From positions 18,737 to 82,736 of the forward strand of contig DOAQ01000043.1 of assembly GCA_003506435.1 (NCBI GenBank): a stretch of 64,000 nt of DNA, read 5' to 3'. Every line of letters begins with the position of its first letter. The stretch's first letter is position 1. Below, piece after piece: positions 18,962 to 28,836 of this stretch. This stretch comes from Prolixibacteraceae bacterium. GTDB taxonomy: Bacteria; Bacteroidota; Bacteroidia; Bacteroidales; Prolixibacteraceae. The notes under the pieces were generated by a model. The model was not told the origin of the DNA and did no database searches. It worked only from the letters and a program-made list of their open reading frames with translations. Both the position numbers and the translations under genes were made by a program.

Positions 18962-20794
18962 ATGACTCCAGAATACGACGAAGGATCGATTAGAACGCTT
19001 GATTGGCAGGAACACATCCGGAAAAGACCCGGCATGTACATCGGGAAACTGGGTGATGGTTCTTCCTACGACGACGGTATTTATGTTTTGCTGAAAGAAG
19101 TAATGGATAATTCCATCGACGAATTCATGATGGGAAATGGGAAGCGAATTGACGTACATGTGAGCAACGAACTGGTTTCAGTACGCGACTATGGCCGGGG
19201 CATCCCGTTGGGAAAGCTGGTTGATGTGGCCTCGAAAATGAATACCGGCGCTAAATACGATTCCAAGGTTTTTAAGAAATCGGTTGGATTGAACGGGGTG
19301 GGTATCAAAGCCGTTAATGCACTTTCTTCCAAATTCGTTATCAAAGCATTTCGTGAAGGCGAAGTAAAAGAAATTGAGTTCAGCAAAGGAATGATAACCA
19401 GCGAAAAAGAAGTGGTTGCCTCCGATGAACCAAACGGTACCTATGTAGGCTTTGTTCCCGATGCCGAGTTATTTAAAAGCTATCATTTCATCAACGACTT
19501 TGTGGTGAACATGATAAAAAACTATACTTTCCTGAATGCCGGGCTTGTAATCAGCATGAACGGGGAGAAGTTTCAGTCGAAGAATGGTTTGCTCGATCTT
19601 CTGGAAGACAATATGGAATCGGACCCACTTTATCAGATCATCCACTTGAAAAACGGAGATATTGAAGCGGCCATTACCCACGGCAACCAATACGGGGAAG
19701 ATTATTATTCGTTTGTAAATGGTCAACATACCACGCAGGGAGGTACCCACCTGATGGCTTTCCGCGAGGCATTGGTGAAAACCATCCGCGATTTCTACAA
19801 AAAAGATTTTGAACCGTCTGATATACGCGCATCTATCGTAGCTGCCATCAGCATTAAAGTGGAAGAACCGGTCTTCGAATCGCAGACCAAAACCAAGCTG
19901 GGCTCGAAAGATATTGGTCCCGAAGGTCCGAGCGTTCGGAACTTCATAATGAATTTCATTGCCAAGGAATTAAACAATTACCTCCATAAGAATTCAGATA
20001 TTGCTGAAGCTCTGCTTCACCGCATTCAGGAGTCGGAACGCGAACGCAAAGCCATTACAGGCATACAGAAACTGGCCAAGCAACGCGCCAAAAAGGCCAA
20101 TCTGCATAATAAAAAACTGCGTGACTGCCGCATCCATTATAACAATGGCGATGCGCAGAAAATGGATACCAGTATTTTTATTACCGAGGGAGACTCTGCA
20201 TCCGGGTCCATCACCAAATCGAGAGATGTGAACACACAGGCTGTTTTTAGCTTAAAAGGGAAACCTCTGAATAGCTATGGATTGACCAAAAAAATAGTAT
20301 ACGAAAACGAAGAGTTCAACCTCCTGCAGGCAGCGCTGAATATCGAAGAGAGCATCGACGATCTGCGGTACAACAAAGTAATTATCGCCACCGATGCCGA
20401 CGTCGACGGGATGCATATCCGCCTGTTGCTGATTACTTTTTTCCTTCAGTTTTTTCCTGAGTTAATCAGGCAGGGACATTTGTTTATTTTGCAAACCCCG
20501 CTTTTTAGGGTCAGAAATAAACAAAAAACAATGTATTGCTATTCCGATGAGGAACGCGAAAAGGCCATTGCTCAACTGGGGAAAAACCCGGAAATTACGC
20601 GATTCAAAGGATTGGGAGAGATTTCGCCGGATGAATTCAAAAACTTTATTGGCCCAGATATCCGGCTCGACCCGGTACGAATGAAAAAACACGAATCGGT
20701 ATTGCAAATGCTGGAATTTTACATGGGAAAGAATACCCCGGAAAGACAGGATTTCATTATCGACAACCTGTATGTTGAAAAAGATGAGTTGTAA
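18962..20794 (+). CDS. parE: DNA topoisomerase IV subunit B (type IIA topoisomerase ATPase/TOPRIM subunit)
   Basis: '[16 protein letters not shown]', 'EVMDNSIDE', 'GLNGVG', TOPRIM 'IFITEGDSA' and '[13 protein letters not shown]'. I call it parE rather than gyrB because it sits next to a ParC-like subunit A. Confidence 0.8.
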   Translation: MTPEYDEGSIRTLDWQEHIRKRPGMYIGKLGDGSSYDDGIYVLLKEVMDNSIDEFMMGNGKRIDVHVSNELVSVRDYGRGIPLGKLVDVASKMNTGAKYDSKVFKKSVGLNGVGIKAVNALSSKFVIKAFREGEVKEIEFSKGMITSEKEVVASDEPNGTYVGFVPDAELFKSYHFINDFVVNMIKNYTFLNAGLVISMNGEKFQSKNGLLDLLEDNMESDPLYQIIHLKNGDIEAAITHGNQYGEDYYSFVNGQHTTQGGTHLMAFREALVKTIRDFYKKDFEPSDIRASIVAAISIKVEEPVFESQTKTKLGSKDIGPEGPSVRNFIMNFIAKELNNYLHKNSDIAEALLHRIQESERERKAITGIQKLAKQRAKKANLHNKKLRDCRIHYNNGDAQKMDTSIFITEGDSASGSITKSRDVNTQAVFSLKGKPLNSYGLTKKIVYENEEFNLLQAALNIEESIDDLRYNKVIIATDADVDGMHIRLLLITFFLQFFPELIRQGHLFILQTPLFRVRNKQKTMYCYSDEEREKAIAQLGKNPEITRFKGLGEISPDEFKNFIGPDIRLDPVRMKKHESVLQMLEFYMGKNTPERQDFIIDNLYVEKDEL

Positions 20795-20823
20795 AATTCA
20801 ACAGGAAGATTCACACATAAAAG

Positions 20824-23463
20824 ATGACCGAAGAATATTTAAATGCAGAAGATTTCCAGAAAGAAGAGAAAATAGATAATATAAACTATCTCTCGGGAAT
20901 GTACAAGGACTGGTTCCTTGATTATGCTTCCTATGTTATTCTGGAACGGGCGGTGCCTTACGTTAACGATGGGTTGAAACCTGTTCAGCGCAGGATTTTA
21001 CATGCCATGAAAGTGATGGATGATGGTCGTTACAACAAAGTGGCCAACATCATCGGGCAAACTATGCAGTACCACCCGCACGGCGACGCATCGATTGGCG
21101 ATGCGCTGGTGCAACTGGGACAAAAGGATCTGTTGATTGATTGCCAGGGAAACTGGGGAAACATACTCACGGGAGACGGAGCTGCTGCGCCTCGTTACAT
21201 CGAAGCAAGGCTGTCTAAATTTGCGCTTGAAGTCCTTTTTAACCCGAAAACCACCAACTGGAAACTCTCGTACGACGGACGGAACAAGGAACCTATCACC
21301 CTGCCGGTGAAATTTCCGCTTTTGCTTGCCCAGGGAGTTGAAGGGATCGCTGTTGGTCTGGCATCGAAAATTCTTCCACACAACTTCATCGAACTGATTG
21401 ATGCCTGCATTGCTCACCTGAAAGAAGAAGATTTTGAAATTTTTCCGGATTTCCCGACCGGGGGATCAGCCGATTTTTCGAAATACAACGACGGATTGCG
21501 GGGTGGTAACGTGAAAGTGCGTGCTAAAATTGAAAAAAAAGATAACAAAACGCTGGTTGTTACTGAAGTTCCTTTCGGAAAAACGACCGGCTCGCTGATC
21601 GAGACAATTTTAAAAGCCAATGAGAAAGGCAAAATAAAAATCAGGAAAATTGACGATAACACGGCCGAAAATGTTGAGATACTGATTCATTTGGCTCCGG
21701 GAATTTCATCAGATAAAACCATTGATGCGCTTTATGCGTTTACTGATTGCGAAGTGTCGATTTCGCCGAACTGTTGCATTATTCGTGATGATAAACCGCA
21801 TTTTATAGGGGTCAATGAAATTCTGAGAATCAATGTTGACAATACTGTCCAGTTGTTGAAACTGGAACTCGAAATACGCAAATCGGAACTCGAAGAATCG
21901 TGGCATTTTTCATCACTCGAAAAAATATTCATTGAAGAACGCATCTACAAAGACAAAAAATTTGAAGATTCGGTAAATATGGACGCAGCCATCGATCACA
22001 TCGATGAACGGCTGGAGCCTTGGAAACCAAAGCTGAAACGGGACATTACCCGCGACGACATCCTGAAGCTGATGGAAATAAAAATGGCCCGCATCCTGAA
22101 ATTCAATAAGGACAAGGCAGACGAACATCTTCAGGCCATTGAGGATGAGATTGCGGAAATTGTTTTCAATATCGAGAACATTATTCCGTTTACCATCAAA
22201 TGGTATAAACAGTTAAAAAGCAAATATTCGAATGGCAAGGAGCGTCGTACTGAAATACGCAGTTTTGAAAATATTGAGGCTGTAAAAGTGGTGGTTGCCA
22301 ACGAAAAACTATACATCGACAGAGAGGAAGGTTTTGTGGGTACCGGGCTTAAAAAATCGGAATACATCTGCGACTGTTCCGACATCGACGATATCATCAT
22401 TTTTCGAAAAGACGGAACGTATGTGGTTGCCAAAGTTACAGAAAAGGCATTCTTCGGAAAAAATATTCTGCATGTCGCTGTATTCAAAAAGAACGACAAA
22501 CGCACAATATATAATATAGTTTACCGTGACGGGAAGAACGGGGTTGTTTATATGAAACGGTTCCCGGTAACCGGCGTCACCCGCGACAAAGAATACGACC
22601 TCACCCAAGGAACACCGGGTTCAAAAATCATGTATTTCAGCGAGAATCCCAATGGTGAAGCTGAAGTTTTGAAGGTTACCCTGAAGCCAAAACCCCGTAT
22701 TAAAAAGCTGGTATTTGAGGTTGATTTCGGCGATCTGGCCATCAAGGGACGGGCTGCCATGGGAAATATCCTTTCGAAAAACGAAGTGCATAAAATTGTT
22801 CTGAAGGAAAAAGGGGTCTCAACACTGGGTGGCCGGAAAATATGGTTCGACGAAGATGTGTTGCGCCTGAATTCCGACGGACGCGGAAAATTTCTGGGAG
22901 AATTTCTGGGAGAAGATTCAATTCTCGTACTTTATAAAAACGGCGAATATCAGTTGTATAATTTTGACCTGTCGAACCACTTCGACGACGGTATCCTCAT
23001 TATTGAGAAATTCGACCCGAGAAAAATTCTCTCTGCCATTTATTTAGACAATGAGCAGGGATTCTATTACGTGAAACGTTTCCAGGTTGAAGAAGGTCCG
23101 GGCAAACGGGTTAATTTTGTTGGTGAAGTTCCTGATAACAAACTGGTCAGCATTACCTGGGTACGGTATCCGAGGTTCGAAATCGAGTTTGGCGGGAAAA
23201 ACGGACAGCGCGAAAACGAGATCATCGAAGTGGATGAGTTTATCGGAATAAAATCGTACAAAGCCAAAGGCAAAAGGCTGACCAACTACGAAGTTGAGAA
23301 CATCAAGGAACTGGAACCTGTCATTAAGGACGAAGATATAAAAGAGCCCGAAGTGCCGGAAGAAGATGATATACCGGATAATGATATTGATGAAATTCCT
23401 TTTGAGATAAACCGTCCGAAAGACCATGGCCCGGAAACCCCTAACCAAATGTCATTATTCTGA
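20824..23463 (+). CDS. parC: DNA topoisomerase IV subunit A
   Basis: 879 aa. 'RAVPYVNDGLKPVQRRIL', 'YHPHGD' and 'AAPRYIEARL' (the active-site Tyr region). I saw no GyrA-box-like QRRGGKG. The C-tail is acidic. Confidence 0.8.
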   Translation: MTEEYLNAEDFQKEEKIDNINYLSGMYKDWFLDYASYVILERAVPYVNDGLKPVQRRILHAMKVMDDGRYNKVANIIGQTMQYHPHGDASIGDALVQLGQKDLLIDCQGNWGNILTGDGAAAPRYIEARLSKFALEVLFNPKTTNWKLSYDGRNKEPITLPVKFPLLLAQGVEGIAVGLASKILPHNFIELIDACIAHLKEEDFEIFPDFPTGGSADFSKYNDGLRGGNVKVRAKIEKKDNKTLVVTEVPFGKTTGSLIETILKANEKGKIKIRKIDDNTAENVEILIHLAPGISSDKTIDALYAFTDCEVSISPNCCIIRDDKPHFIGVNEILRINVDNTVQLLKLELEIRKSELEESWHFSSLEKIFIEERIYKDKKFEDSVNMDAAIDHIDERLEPWKPKLKRDITRDDILKLMEIKMARILKFNKDKADEHLQAIEDEIAEIVFNIENIIPFTIKWYKQLKSKYSNGKERRTEIRSFENIEAVKVVVANEKLYIDREEGFVGTGLKKSEYICDCSDIDDIIIFRKDGTYVVAKVTEKAFFGKNILHVAVFKKNDKRTIYNIVYRDGKNGVVYMKRFPVTGVTRDKEYDLTQGTPGSKIMYFSENPNGEAEVLKVTLKPKPRIKKLVFEVDFGDLAIKGRAAMGNILSKNEVHKIVLKEKGVSTLGGRKIWFDEDVLRLNSDGRGKFLGEFLGEDSILVLYKNGEYQLYNFDLSNHFDDGILIIEKFDPRKILSAIYLDNEQGFYYVKRFQVEEGPGKRVNFVGEVPDNKLVSITWVRYPRFEIEFGGKNGQRENEIIEVDEFIGIKSYKAKGKRLTNYEVENIKELEPVIKDEDIKEPEVPEEDDIPDNDIDEIPFEINRPKDHGPETPNQMSLF

Positions 23464-23465
23464 AT

Positions 23466-23969
23466 ATGAGGGTTTATCTGGTTGGATATATGGGCTGCGG
23501 AAAGTCGACCATGGGACGCAAACTTGCGTCCATTCTTGGCTCGACATTAATTGATCTGGACCATTATCTGGAACAGAAATATTTTAAAACCATACCGCAG
23601 ATTTTTGCTGAAGAAGGCGAAGATGGTTTCCGGAGAAAAGAGCAGGCTGTTCTACACGAAGTTTCAACATTCGATGATGTGATTGTGGCCACGGGCGGCG
23701 GCGCTCCCTGTTTTTTCGACAATATGGACGTGATGAACCGCACCGGCTTCTGCATTTTTCTGGATGTTGATACCGAAGAACTGGTTAACCGGTTGACAAA
23801 CGCAAAAACCGAACGACCCATTATAAAGGGAAAATCGCGCGAAGAACTGGCCGGGTTCATCGATGAGATGATGGAAAAGCGCAGGCCTTTCTACGAAAAA
23901 GCGAAATACATTCTGAGAGGAAAAAATATAACTCCTGCTCAGGTAATAAAAATTATCCGGGAACATTAA
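23466..23969 (+). CDS. aroK: Shikimate kinase
   Basis: 167 aa. Walker A 'GYMGCGKSTMGRKLA', 'VIVATGGGAP' and a lid region. Confidence 0.9.
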   Translation: MRVYLVGYMGCGKSTMGRKLASILGSTLIDLDHYLEQKYFKTIPQIFAEEGEDGFRRKEQAVLHEVSTFDDVIVATGGGAPCFFDNMDVMNRTGFCIFLDVDTEELVNRLTNAKTERPIIKGKSREELAGFIDEMMEKRRPFYEKAKYILRGKNITPAQVIKIIREH

Positions 23970-24045
23970 TGGGTGCGGCCCCGAAATCTCGGGGTTAATT
24001 CTCCGATATGGAAAGATGCGGTTAAAAACCGCAAACCCCTACTTC

Positions 24046-25221
24046 TCACGCCAAAAAACTGGCTGCAATGGCAAAGGTATCATCAAAAGCCTTGTCTACC
24101 TGCTCCTGGGTTTTGTTCTCTCTTACCGGAAACGGAGTTTCATGGGTGTATTTATATGGATAATCAAGTACCTCGACCGAAATTGGAATCGTGTTCCGTT
24201 TTCCTTTTAAAGTTCTTAAAACTGCAGCAGAAGGAATGACCCGGTCTTTGAGTAATGCAACAGCTTTTATTTGTCCGCTTAACTCTTGTAACCGCTCTTC
24301 CCTGAAATTTCTCATTCTTCTCATGCGTAACATCGACTGGAAAAAGCAACCGGCCTTGGTTTTCGTCACAATAGCCTGCAATTGCTGGTCTTTTTTCAGT
24401 TCCCTGTGAAACCTTCGTACAAAAAAGCGATGGAGGGTTTTCCCTGCTTGTTTATCAAGAATAAATTTTGAAGTGCCGTTCATTTTATCGAAAGTAGCTC
24501 CACCGCAAAACAGAAATGCTTTTGAGTTTTTGAAGTAATTCCGTGGGTTCGACATCATAATTAACTCGGTCAGAAAAGCGCCGATGGAATACGAGAAAAA
24601 GTTTATCCTGGTATTTTTCTCAAACAGAGGATGTTCCCCGTCAATAATTGTTTTGCTGAGATCAATAATATTGTAATAGCTTTCCAGTCCGGACACGAAA
24701 AACCGTTTCGGGTTCGAGTTAATGCGGTCGCTTAAAGCGGCATTCATGAAACTGTTTTCTTCGTTTTTTCGGAACAACCGTTTTCTTGCATTTGAAATTT
24801 GTTGCATCAGATAGCGGTTGTTCCACAAAACCGGACTACGGTTCATGTGGAATGATATCGGAAACAGGATGACCGGTTTCTTTGTGTGCCGGGTCAGATA
24901 GCTTGCCCATGGAAGGTATTTCGACCATTCCCGTTCGTTTAAGCCATGCAGCAGGATAATTGCTTCTTTGTATTTTTCTTGTGCATTTTCAACAAAAACC
25001 GAATATCTGAAGAACCTGTTTTCTGAAATAGAAGAATCCGGAAGCAAGGATATATCGTCAGATAAAAGAGAGGCCGACTCTTTTCTTCCCGGTAAAAAAT
25101 ATTGATGCAATGATTCGAAACTGAAATTGCGGATACCAATTCCCTGCTCAGACAGTTCAATCCAATCTTCCTGTTGATTAAACTTTTTGCGAAGCTGGTT
25201 ATACTCTGAAAAATAATTCAT
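24046..25221 (-). CDS. Hypothetical protein, possibly alpha/beta-hydrolase-like
   Basis: 391 aa. 'AIILLHGLNE' and 'FFSYSIGAFL' loosely resemble an oxyanion HG and a nucleophile elbow. No family was recognised with certainty. Confidence 0.4.
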   Translation of the reverse strand: MNYFSEYNQLRKKFNQQEDWIELSEQGIGIRNFSFESLHQYFLPGRKESASLLSDDISLLPDSSISENRFFRYSVFVENAQEKYKEAIILLHGLNEREWSKYLPWASYLTRHTKKPVILFPISFHMNRSPVLWNNRYLMQQISNARKRLFRKNEENSFMNAALSDRINSNPKRFFVSGLESYYNIIDLSKTIIDGEHPLFEKNTRINFFSYSIGAFLTELIMMSNPRNYFKNSKAFLFCGGATFDKMNGTSKFILDKQAGKTLHRFFVRRFHRELKKDQQLQAIVTKTKAGCFFQSMLRMRRMRNFREERLQELSGQIKAVALLKDRVIPSAAVLRTLKGKRNTIPISVEVLDYPYKYTHETPFPVRENKTQEQVDKAFDDTFAIAASFLA

Positions 25222-25333
25222 GTGTATTTTGGTATTAAGCAGGAAAATTATAAAAAAATTGTTTCTTTAGACTGATTTTACAGATTATTGACGATTAATA
25301 ATTCTGTTTTTCATTTTAACGATTCGAATTGCT

Positions 25334-26095
25334 ATGATTGAAATTTGTGCACTGGCATCGGGCAGTAATGGTAATTGTTACTATATTGGTAACCAGACGG
25401 ATGCCGTATTAATCGATGCGGGAATATCGGCGAAGCAAATTTTGCTCCGGATGGAACAACGGCAGCTCAATCCGGCTAAAATCCGTGCGCTTTTTATTAC
25501 CCACGAACATACCGATCATTTTCGGGGGGCCAGGGTGTTGAGCAAACGATTAGGTATTCCTGTATTTCTTACGCAAGGCACCTATTTATCGGTCAGTGCG
25601 GAAGAACGGCCTGCTTATGTTCTTTTATTTTCCCCGGGTGAAACCATCATCGCTGGTGAGTTCAGCATCCATTCGTTCCCGAAAAACCATGATGCGGCAG
25701 AGCCATGTTCTTTCCGTATAGAATACAGACAAACCAGTGTTGGCGTTTTTACTGATATAGGCGAAGCCTGCGAAAATGTTCAAACCAATTTATCGCATTG
25801 CCGCGCTGTATTTATCGAATCGAATTACGATGAACAGATGTTGTGGAATGGCCCGTATCCATATCCTCTGAAACAAAGGGTTGCTTCCAGTTTCGGGCAC
25901 TTGTCGAACGACCAGTCGCTGGAACTTGTCAGGCAACATGCCGGCGACAACCTTGAATATGTATTTCTGAGCCATCTCTCGAAAGAAAATAACACACCGG
26001 CAAAAGCATTTCAGAATTTTACTGAATTGAGAGCCCGTTTCAATGTACATTTGACTTCCCGCGAAGAAGCTACTGAAGTTTTTGTGCTAAGGTAA
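25334..26095 (+). CDS. MBL-fold metallo-hydrolase
   Basis: 253 aa. 'VLIDAGIS' and the 'ITHEHTDH' HxHxDH motif, plus a late 'GHLSN'. Confidence 0.8.
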   Translation: MIEICALASGSNGNCYYIGNQTDAVLIDAGISAKQILLRMEQRQLNPAKIRALFITHEHTDHFRGARVLSKRLGIPVFLTQGTYLSVSAEERPAYVLLFSPGETIIAGEFSIHSFPKNHDAAEPCSFRIEYRQTSVGVFTDIGEACENVQTNLSHCRAVFIESNYDEQMLWNGPYPYPLKQRVASSFGHLSNDQSLELVRQHAGDNLEYVFLSHLSKENNTPAKAFQNFTELRARFNVHLTSREEATEVFVLR

Positions 26096-26107
26096 ATGGT
26101 AGTATTT

Positions 26108-26141
26108 ACAAAGAAAAAGCCCTGTGGTTAAGACAGGGCTT
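26108..26141 (-). terminator. Intrinsic terminator after the antitoxin gene (minus strand)
   Basis: Stem AGCCCTGT/ACAGGGCT (26118-26125 / 26133-26140), followed on the minus strand by TTTTTCTTTG. Confidence 0.5.
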
Positions 26142-26161
26142 GCAAAAAGGTATCGATTTAT

Positions 26162-26461
26162 TTATCGAATGTTGAATGTAAGTTCCTTGCCTAAAGCACG
26201 AAGAACTTTAATAATTGTTTGAAGATTGACGTTTGGTGTGTTGGCTTCAATTCTTGATACCTGAGATTTAGTTACTCCAATTTTCTCTCCAAATTTTTCT
26301 TGAGTTAGATTTTGTTCTTTACGAATACATTTGATTGTGGCACCCAGCATTTCCACTTTTAACTCCAATTCATATGCATCGCGTTCGGGGGATCCCTTTT
26401 TACCAAGGAGATGATCCTTGGCTTCATCCATAGTCATTGGCTGTGTAAGTGATTTTCTCAT
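26162..26461 (-). CDS. XRE-family HTH antitoxin (HigA-like)
   Basis: 99 aa. 'IRKEQNLTQEKFGEKIGVTKSQVSRIE' is a classic XRE HTH. It lies downstream of a RelE/ParE-like toxin gene. Confidence 0.75.
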   Translation of the reverse strand: MRKSLTQPMTMDEAKDHLLGKKGSPERDAYELELKVEMLGATIKCIRKEQNLTQEKFGEKIGVTKSQVSRIEANTPNVNLQTIIKVLRALGKELTFNIR

Positions 26462-26584
26462 AGCAATTGTTTTTTTTAATGATTGTTATTTTATTGGCAA
26501 ACAACCTTGCCCTAATGAAAGTCTTTATTCTTTTTGTATATTCAGTTATCTGATTGTGTTTTTAAATCGAATAAAATCAAATAT

Positions 26585-26917
26585 TTATATTCCCCCAGAG
26601 AGATAATTATCTCTTATATTTTTCCCTTTTTTTATTTCCTTCTTCGGAGTTTTAACTGTCTTTTTTATAAATCCATGTGTCGAAATAACTAAGGCTCTTT
26701 GTTCCCTACTCCAGAATGCCAGCAATCGGTAATTTTGATTTTCGTATTTTGTTCTAAACTCCCACATTTCTCCACTCAGCTTTTTGAATAACTCCGGGTC
26801 TCTCGTCATTTGTGCTTTCTCAATGTTTTTTAAAATCTTCTCCTTTACAGCTCTTTCTAAATCTTCCAGAAATTCAATGGCTTCAGGCATAAATAAGACT
26901 TCAAAATTCTTTTTCAT
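26585..26917 (-). CDS. RelE/ParE-superfamily toxin (HigB / phage Gp49-like)
   Basis: 110 aa. '...LSGEMWEFRTKYENQNYRLLAFW...ALVISTHGFIKKTVKTPKKEI' matches the Gp49/HigB-type toxin pattern. The toxin-first order is typical of HigBA. Confidence 0.7.
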   Translation of the reverse strand: MKKNFEVLFMPEAIEFLEDLERAVKEKILKNIEKAQMTRDPELFKKLSGEMWEFRTKYENQNYRLLAFWSREQRALVISTHGFIKKTVKTPKKEIKKGKNIRDNYLSGGI

Positions 26918-27078
26918 TTTCTATATATTTAAGAAACATCTCAAAGATAGAAAATGTTGCATTATTTGTAAACATTTCTATTAAAAAGTTGCGCAATATA
27001 GAAACATTTCTCTAGTTATATAATAGTTTAACATGATTAGATGAATCCTATTAACAAAAATTAACGTGGCATACCACT

Positions 27079-27111
27079 ATAAAAAAGAAAAAGCCCCACA
27101 TTTTGTGAGGC
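27079..27111 (-). terminator. Intrinsic terminator after the cold-shock gene (minus strand)
   Basis: On the minus strand, GCCTCACAAAATGTGGGGC forms a 7-bp stem and is followed by TTTTTCTTTTTTAT. Confidence 0.6.
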
Positions 27112-27143
27112 TGCATTGAATTCTGTATATGAATACTTATTTT

Positions 27144-27332
27144 TTACGATAGTTTTACATTTACGGCATTCAATCCTTTTCTTCCTTCAGCAAGTTCATA
27201 AGTAACTTCGTCTCCATCCTTAACTTTATCGATAAGTCCGGAAACATGAACGAAATACTCTTCGCCTGATTGATCTTTAATAAAACCAAAACCTTTCGAC
27301 TCGTTGAAGAATTTTACTGTACCTGTTTTCAT
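27144..27332 (-). CDS. Cold-shock protein (CspA family)
   Basis: 62 aa. 'GTVKFFNESKGFGFI' (RNP1) and 'YFVHVSGL' (RNP2-like). Confidence 0.9.
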   Translation of the reverse strand: MKTGTVKFFNESKGFGFIKDQSGEEYFVHVSGLIDKVKDGDEVTYELAEGRKGLNAVNVKLS

Positions 27333-27415
27333 AATAAATTAAAAATATTTGATAATCATGTAAATATAGGGAAAAATGATATTCGACAAATCAAATAGGT
27401 AAAAAAAAGAATTTT

Positions 27416-28732
27416 TTAAACGTTTAACAGGTTGTCATTTAAGGCTTGCAATGTTTGTTTTTTTAGCGAAGTAGGTACCAGAATCGAAATATTGTGACGG
27501 CTGCCTCCGTACGAAATCATCCGGATGGGAATACCTTCCAGTGCGTTAAATATTTTGGCTGCAAAGCCTTTTTCCTCGGCAATCAAATCGCCAACAATAC
27601 ACACAATCGACTGATCGGTGTCGATTTCCACTTCACCATATTCCTGAAGTTCTCTTTTTATGTCCTCCAGATTACGTGTATCATCAATTGTCAGTGAAAC
27701 AGCAACTTCCGATGTTGAAACCATGTCGATAGGAGTTTTGAAAAACTCAAAAATTTCAAAAATGCTTTTCATGAAACCGTACGCCATCAACATGCGGTAT
27801 GAACGGATTTTTATAGCGGTGATGCCATCTTTGGCGGCAACGGCCTTGATGCCGCTTTCGCTTGAATTCGAAGCAATCAGTGTTCCGCTGTCGCTCGGGT
27901 TCATCGTATTTTTCAGACGGACCGGGATATTTTGCAATTTGGCTGGTAAAACAGTTAGCGGGTGCAGAATTTTTGCCCCGAAATAAGCCAGCTCGGCTGC
28001 TTCGTCGAACGACAGTTGTTCAATTTTTCGGGTTTTTTCTACAAAACGGGGGTCGTTGTTATGGAATCCGTCAATGTCGGTCCAAATCTGTACTTCTTCC
28101 GATTCGATGGCCGCCCCGATCAATGTTGCGGTGTAGTCGCTTCCGCCGCGTTGCAGGTTGTCGATTTCATCGTTGGCATTACGGCAGATAAATCCCTGCG
28201 TGATGTAATAATCGGCTTCACCGGCTTTTTCAATTACTCCGGGAATGGCTTCTTTTGTATAATATAAATCGGCAGCTTTATCAGCATCAATACGCATAAA
28301 ATCGAGGGCAGGCAAATAAACCGCTTTGTGCCCGTTTTCTTTCATCAGAATGACAAATAAAGCCGTTGAAATCAATTCGCCCTGGGCCAAAATAGTCTTT
28401 TCCCCGATTTCTTTAAAATCTCCTGAAGTAAACGATCGAATGGCGGTGAAACTTTCTTTCACCACTTTTATTCCTTCTATCTTACTTTCTGCTTTTTCAA
28501 AAAGATTGGCAACTACTTTTATGTATTTTTCTTCCAACTGGTTGATTACCATCCGGGCCGAGTCTTTATTCTTCTTATACAAATAATTCGAAATTTCAAC
28601 CAGGGAATTGGTCGTTCCCGACATCGCCGAGAGAACAACAACTTTTTGTTCTCCATCTGTTATCAGTTCCATTACAGCCCGCATGTTTTCGGTGCTTCCG
28701 ACTGATGTGCCTCCAAATTTTAAAACTTTCAT
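27416..28732 (-). CDS. lysC: Aspartate kinase
   Basis: 438 aa. 'MKVLKFGGTSVGS', 'VVVLSAMSGTTN', 'RGGSDYTA' and C-terminal ACT repeats. Confidence 0.85.
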   Translation of the reverse strand: MKVLKFGGTSVGSTENMRAVMELITDGEQKVVVLSAMSGTTNSLVEISNYLYKKNKDSARMVINQLEEKYIKVVANLFEKAESKIEGIKVVKESFTAIRSFTSGDFKEIGEKTILAQGELISTALFVILMKENGHKAVYLPALDFMRIDADKAADLYYTKEAIPGVIEKAGEADYYITQGFICRNANDEIDNLQRGGSDYTATLIGAAIESEEVQIWTDIDGFHNNDPRFVEKTRKIEQLSFDEAAELAYFGAKILHPLTVLPAKLQNIPVRLKNTMNPSDSGTLIASNSSESGIKAVAAKDGITAIKIRSYRMLMAYGFMKSIFEIFEFFKTPIDMVSTSEVAVSLTIDDTRNLEDIKRELQEYGEVEIDTDQSIVCIVGDLIAEEKGFAAKIFNALEGIPIRMISYGGSRHNISILVPTSLKKQTLQALNDNLLNV

Positions 28733-28836
28733 CGTTATATAAATGTGAATTATTTGTTATATAGCCGCAAATATGAAAAAAAACGTTGATATTGAAAACC
28801 TTTCCTGTCGAAATGGGTGTAATTATTCTTTGTTTT

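Noticed and set aside
23979-23994. Short hairpin CCCCGAAATCTCGGGG after aroK as a terminator
   Set aside because: The stem is only 5-6 bp and there is no clear T-tract on either strand. Support is too weak to annotate it.
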